A DNA stretch of 57,773 nucleotides, the filler included, from Catajapyx aquilonaris (Eukaryota): NCBI GenBank assembly GCA_000934665.2. It is 4 parts of 4 records of this genome, joined end to end, with 100 filler letters (N's around TTAATTAATTAA, not from the genome) between each part and the next. Parts side by side here need not be neighbours in the genome. Positions count along the whole stretch, not along the records: positions 43,411 to 57,773 come from JYFJ02007804.1; 3 more parts are not named here. One strand, given 5' to 3'. The notes beneath the pieces were generated by a model, which saw only the letters and a list, made by a program, of their open reading frames with translations, was not told where the DNA came from and did not search any database. The translations under genes and the position numbers were made by a program. Positions 51,296 to 57,773 of this stretch are shown piece after piece. The first letter of the stretch is position 1. Every line of letters begins with the position of its first letter.

Positions 51296-52260
51296 GTTGG
51301 GTCATTCCATGTCAATACAGACAAGTTGGTGGCTCGACCATCTCAGAATTTGATATAAAAAATCATGTGCGTACACACACATGTGCTGTTGCTAAAAACG
51401 GAATTTGAGCCACCCAGGTGAAAATCCCACGGAGATATGGCAACGTCTTTCGGCAACAATGGAGCCGGACTGACAATTTATTTCAGGTAGAGTTCTTGTT
51501 GTAACCCCATGATCATAATACATATCAAATGAACCGGAATGAAATGAGGAATGTTGTGGTGGCAACAGTTTTAACCTAGAACGCAAAATAAAAATTCTAA
51601 AAAATTCGCATTATTGTGCAAAAATGGCACATTTCCGATGGCCCAATGTCACTGTTAAACACATGCTAGGAGTGTTACATTAATATGGTAGATACATTGT
51701 CATGTGGTCCTCACTACTGTATAAGGAAAACAATACAGATCAAGCAGTGTTGGAAATAATAAATCCTGAAATTCCATTTTTCTGTAAGTTGGTCATCTTT
51801 GAGGTCATTTTTCTCAATAAAGGACTGGACCGATTTTTAAGTTACAAGAGTTAAAAGAAGCGTCGTTGTATGATTGACACATCGATATAAGAATGGTTCG
51901 TGTCCCCTGAGCGGTTCACCCGCAGCAAATTTTTAAATACAGCTCAAAATAACACGGATTATACTGGGATTTCGCATGCTCCTCATTGTTAAACATACGC
52001 TAAGAGTGTGAAATTCATATGGTAGGTACGTGGTCATCTGGTCAATACTACTGTAGAAGAACAACATCTCAAGTCAAACAGTCTTGGAAATAATAATAAA
52101 TCCCACTTTCACATGATTGGGTCATCTTTGAGGTCATTTTTCTCAATAGAGGACTGCACCGATTTTAAAGTTACATGTCTTAAAAGAAGCGTCTTTCCAT
52201 GCTTGACCGCAGGGATATAAGAACTACTCTTCCCCCGGAGCGGTTCACCCGCAGAACATT
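51296..52260. mobile_element. DNA transposon fragment with internal tandem duplication
   Basis: Starts AGTTGGGTCATTCCATGTCAA; 51650-51930 is repeated at 51985-52255. Confidence 0.6.
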
Positions 52261-54170
52261 TAAAAATCCTCCTATGACCTACACTACGTTATTTGGCGCT
52301 GTATTTAACCCAGATATGCCTGGAAAAGTTTTGTTGAATTTTTGAACTTTTTTTTGTTTCTATTAGTTCATATTAGTTCCCAAAACACAAAAATCGAAAT
52401 AAAACATTTTTCCGAATGCTTGTTTGCGAGAAAATGGCCATTCCCTATAATAATTATAGGATGCTAGGAAAATGTAACCTAGTATATGGCTATAACAGCT
52501 GTTGATTACATTACCATGGCAACAGTGACATTCAGCAATATCCATAGTTTCATAATACCACCAAGGATTGATTGTTGTCGATTGCATTGCCACGGAAACA
52601 GGACGTGCAAAGAAGGGGTTGTAATTGAGTAACAATCAACAACAATCAAGGATTGTTGCAATAATGGTTGCCATGTTAACCAATTGCCATGTAATCTCGT
52701 TTTAATTGTATGGATTCATTAAAATACAGTTCAACTAAGCGTACAAAATCCACACACATACTTTTAATACTTGTGTAAATGTGGGTGCACTTGCCTGTGT
52801 TCCCCCGAGGGGACACCAGATTTCAACACTACTCTCACAGTCAGACAAGGAAAGTAAAAAAAAAAAAAAATCCTATATTTCCCGTCGACATCATCATTCA
52901 TAAGTTTTCTAAGTATTACAAACAAAAAAATAACTCATAATGCTAAAATCAACATTCGAGAATTAATTACTAATCGTCTTCGGAACATGGAGGTGCAGCC
53001 ATTATTCCCTGCGTTAAAATTCAAACACCTGCATCTTAAAAATCTGAAGCAATATTGAGCAGGTTTGAACTTGTATCGTTAGCTGGGACTCTCCTGAAGC
53101 TCCCGTCGCTACTGCCAGCTCTTTAGCAGCAGAAGAACCTGCGCAAAAAAATTAAAATGTAACAACTGTGCACAGACATGAAGATACTTTAGTACAGTAC
53201 AGTATAATGAATCGATACACTTGATTTCTGTGATGCCCAAGTGTCAGTGCGATTTGTCCGAGCCGGTTTGTCATCACGAAAAAGTAGGCTCCTTGGAACG
53301 CTCCCGAAGCTCGAACTCTGAGAACTGTGAAGTAGCCTTCCTTGTATTTGTAAGTCAGCTTTCAAATCATTGCAGACTACGCCGGGATAGGTCCGTGATT
53401 CGTGATAGGTCACTGGGAAAGGTACCGATTATTTTTTTTTTTTACAATTTTTTTTTTCTTCAAATTATGGTGAACTTTTGCACACGGTATAAGGTGTCAT
53501 CGAGTTGTAATGAGTGGCGAATTCTAGGTGAAGAATCCGGACGGTCACTGAAATACGATATTGGCGGTAGTATATATGTCATTCGCCTGAAAACCTTGTC
53601 CGGCTATCAGGGAAGGCTTTTCTTCGAAATTTCCAGTTGTATTCTAATGTAGTTTGCATTGTGTAATCCACTGAAGCAATATTAATATAAGTTATTTAAA
53701 TGTGCCTACTCCCTTATGTTGATAGATGGCATTGATAGATCATTGATAGATATTGATAGATGGCGTTATTGTGGGTCGCGTTCGTGATGACGCTTGTGCC
53801 TCTTCGGCGGTGCTGCTACCTGGGAGGACGCTGCCCAAGCCTTTTGTACAAGACCCACTCCCACTTAGGTAAGACCTAGTTCTAAGTGTTAGCGACGTAA
53901 CATGCAATTTTTGAAATTCAATTAGCACTCTGTCGTACAATTACGGCCACGGGTACGACGTATTTTTTTGCCATTATAACGTGGGTTTCCTCCATGTCTT
54001 TCTACCCACCCCTCCCTCCTCCCCTAGTGATCGCATATTGTCTTTCCAAATCAACCAAGCAACCATTTTTAAAAATTGCCGTTTCTTGTCTGCATAAGCA
54101 CTACTGGTCAGCGGCTCTAGCGCCACTATAGCGTTTCTATTGTGGGTAGGTCCAGGCTAGGTCTGTGAGG

Positions 54171-54261
<91 letters not shown>

Positions 54262-55949
54262 TTTTTAATATGGTGACTGGTTCGCGCTGTCCAGCAACAA
54301 CTCCTCCAACGTAGCAGACCCCGAATGGGTTGCCGTGTATGCATAATATGTCTGGGTGAAAACCGGTGCGCAATGTCATTTTAGGCGTTATCATGGGTCG
54401 GTTATTCCGCCATTTTCTCCGGCGTGGCCGTTGGGATATTTAAAAAAACTAGATGATTTGTTGCTGGGTCTCCAGTCCCCTGTTCTGGCGCCATGGCTGC
54501 AAATTAATAACGATGCAGATTGGCAAAGCTGCAGTACCGGTCGTTTTGCATGTGCGATTTCATACCAGTGTGCCTTGCGGTGCCTTGACATGTGCCACGT
54601 TGGCCGTTGGCGGTTGGCCGTTACATTTTGGTCGCCATCTTTTTCCAACGACTCAGACCTGACAGCGTGTCGAGGGTGGGGGTGGTGGGGGAGCAAGGTG
54701 GGGGAGGGAGGGAGGGGAACGTCTCACCCGTGACCATCCTCGACGACTGCGATTGGTTGACGCGCTCCTGTTAGTTTCGATTTCAAGTTCGATTTACCTC
54801 CCAGGGCAGATCAATGGTGCCAATAGGTGAGCTCAATGAAGATCAATAGGCATACGCGCTAACAGAAATTGCATTTTTCATCAGTAGCATTAAATTTGTA
54901 ACGGGTTAACCCTGAGAAATATTCACTGTAACACAGACATAAACCATTAAAGTTTTTGCCACGTCACGAAATCTTCCAGACCCGGGGATCCGCGGGGATC
55001 GAATTTGACAGCGGACACACAGTGGCGGACAGGTAGCACTTGTACCCTGGAGCCGCCTTTCGCCGCCATTTGCTTGGTATATTGTTAAGGCCACGCATTT
55101 TTAGGTCGATCGTTAAAAAATATTATAATTTTATCGCGCTCTCAGGCAATAATGACCGAAAACTTGCATGCTTTGCTAGTAAATAACTTACTGCAACGTA
55201 AAGCAACACCGAAAAGGTTTGGTAAGGATACCATTTCGAGGGTGAACACCTGTGATAAAGTGGCATTTTAGCCACATGGAACTTAGCTTCGTACCTCGAG
55301 ACCATCCAGCAACAGGCAAGCAATGGCCGACACGGCCTGTTGCTGTGTGCGAATTTTTGCAGTAGTAGGACGAGAACAACATACTGTTCTTGTGCTGAAG
55401 TGCCCAACATCTCATTAATGTACGGAAAACGAGAGAACTATCTGACGTCATCGTTTCTACCATTGTTGCTTTTTGTTGGCACTGTTTATTTCTATTGTTC
55501 TGTGAGGGTATTTCCATGGAAACCTTGATGACGTCAGATTGTTCTCTCATTTTCCGTACAATATGTGTCTGTTGCCAGGTGAAGAAATTTAAATGTACAG
55601 TACAGATAAGGTCAATGGCGGGTAACCACTCCCCAAAAAAGTGTACACCGGTTCCACAGGGACCCTGTACAGTGTACACTGGTTCCACGAAGTAGTAACC
55701 CCCTCGGTTGAACCAAGTCCGGCCAAGTCATCTCACTTAGCTTATAGCCTTGAAGAAAGGCCTGGCGTCCACCACGATCTCAGGACTTTGTACGGGGGAG
55801 TGGTCAAGGCTTGGTGCCCAGACACTATCTCACAGGTTTTTACAGAAGACGACTTGGCGCGTTTTTCAAAAGTCCGTTTTTGAGTAAAAACTTATCTGCC
55901 TCGGAGTATGGCCAATGTCCATGTCCCGAGAATAGATTGGCGCTGCATG

Positions 55950-57560
55950 CAGCTCAGACTCAGTCAGGGACCTTTGGATGCCTCTTAGAATGAGTGAATT
56001 GGAAACTGCAAAGGCCCGGCCTGAATTTAACCCTTTGATGCCTACTTGCCAACTTGGGTGATTTTTCAACTCAAAAAATTCCATCCTCACCGATTTTCTT
56101 GAAATTCGGTGCATTGGTAGCCCACCCCAAGGGATGAAAAACGCACCTATAGTCACCTGATCAAAATGACCCTGTGACCCATTTTGGAGGGGGGCAGAGG
56201 TCAAATCATAAAATTTCCACCTCACCGATTTTCTTCAAATTCGGTGCATTGGTAGCCCACACCAAGGGATGAAAAACGCACCTATAGTTACCTGATCAAA
56301 ATGACCTCGTGACCCAATTTATTAATTTATTAATTTATAATTACATTATTGTATGTTGTTGCATTATTGTAACATTGTCATTATTACATTATTGTATTAT
56401 TATATACATACATACATACATACATGACATCACGGCTTAATCCCAGACATGGGGTAGCCAGCGACGACTAGTTTGTACCTAGCCGTCTCATATGACCATT
56501 ACAATGAATCTTCTAGTGACTGGTCAGGCCACGCAGAAGATATAATATTATATACTATATTAGATTATTATATGGTAGCATTTATTGCTTTTGTTCCTAT
56601 ATGCGTCGAGCCAGTAACTATAGCAACTGAGGGGTACACCTTATTCGTATAGGTAGTCCGGGGGTAATCACGGTAGTCCGAGGGGTAATCTGGGGGTAAT
56701 ATGAGAGTAGTCCGGGGGTAATCAGGGGGTAGTATGAGAGTAGTCCGGGGGTAATCCGAGTAATCCAGGGGGTAATCCGAGGGTAGTCTGGCGGTAATCC
56801 GATTTGACCTCTGCCCCCTTCAAAAATGGTTCACAGGGTAATTTTGATCAGGTAACTATATAGGTGCGTTTTTCATTCCTTGGGGTGGGCTACCATTGCA
56901 CCGAATTTTAATAAAATCGGTGAGGTCGGAATTTGACCTCTGCCCCCACCAATATGGGTCACAGGGTCATTTCGAGCAGGGAACTATAGGTGCATTTTGC
57001 ATCCCTTGGGGTGGGCTACCAATGCACCGAATTTGAGGAAAATCAGTGAGGTCAAAATTTTATGATTTGACCTCTGCCCCCCTCAAAATTGGGTCACGAG
57101 GTCATTTTGATCAGGTAACTATATAGGTGCATTTTTCATCCCTTGGTGTGGGCTACCAATGCACCTAATTTCAAGAAAATCGGTGAGGTCATAAAATTTC
57201 CGGAAAAGGGGGGAAAAAACTCAGGCCCTGGGGAAATGCAATCCCTCAAAAACTCCGTCATCAAAGGGTTAAGTCTTAGTCTGTTATATTCTGTTATGGC
57301 TTTAACTTTAGCTTTAACTTGTGTGGGATCAAAGTTGATTAGATGAATTCCATATAATTTTTTGACTCGAGACAAGGCCACATACACTTGACCACAACAG
57401 AAAAGTGACGAGCCAATGTCCATAAGGGCACTGTCTAAGCTCAAACCTAAGCTATTGTTAAGAGGAATTGTTTCCTACGGATGAATGCATTTGCCGTCAT
57501 TTGAAATTTGCTCTTGACCAGTATTAACCGGTAGTTCACCCCTGCCATCATGTACAGGCG
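55950..57560 (-). pseudogene. Pif1-family helicase C-terminus (Helitron/Helentron RepHel remnant), interrupted
   Basis: FIRRKQFLLTIA*GLSLDSALMDIG..GQVYVALSRVKKLYGIHLINFDP..EYNRLRL continues as KFRPGL once the TTAA insertion is removed. Confidence 0.75.
56031..57268. mobile_element. piggyBac-like non-autonomous element
   Basis: TTAA TSD; TIR CCCTTTGATG; subterminal units of about 130 bp (two forward, three inverted); central GGGGTAATCC-type repeats. Confidence 0.8.
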
Positions 57561-57773
57561 GGATGGTGGTAGACGCAAGCAAGTGCCATATTTTCGTACA
57601 TTAAATGCTGGTGGGATTTTGTGCATTTTAGGAAGGTCTTTGGTTATTTTAAATTTCTGCTTTGGCATCAGGACACAGTCTTCTGTATTTATTAATTGGA
57701 ATTTCTCCTTTTTCCTTTTGTTCTGTACTTCTGTTCACTCCATAACATGTGGACATTGTGTTTGCAGGAAGCT

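Noticed and set aside
56650..56800. Telomere-like G-rich repeat
   Set aside because: Irregular GGGGTAATCC/GTAGTCC units inside a TTAA-flanked element, not TTAGG-type.

Overview
Eukaryotic, repeat-rich scaffold window, most likely from an arthropod (inferred from Snakeskin-like and ionotropic-receptor genes), with three 100-bp assembly gaps padded with a TTAATTAATTAA linker. Host genes: (1) two tandem, strongly diverged Snakeskin-like four-TM genes on the minus strand, reconstructed from splice sites and both only partly visible; (2) a frameshifted single-exon ionotropic receptor (IR) gene plus a truncated upstream paralog; (3) the last two coding exons of proteasome subunit alpha type-1. The rest is mostly decayed transposable elements. 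These include an R1-like LINE with RNase H, an RTEX-like LINE, tRNA-derived SINEs sharing a central core, and Helitron fragments. MITEs of Harbinger-, piggyBac-, P-, Sola- and Tc1-like type are common, and a multi-level nest (mariner > hAT > Sola-like; mariner > Tc1 MITE > SINE) has readable TSDs at most levels. No prokaryote-type system (CRISPR, operon) is present. I could not demonstrate a wholly new biological system. The best leads are the divergent Snakeskin paralog pair, the shared SINE core with swapped ends, and a second R1-related family recognisable from its C-terminus and 3' stem-loop. Family assignments are from motif recall, not database searches.
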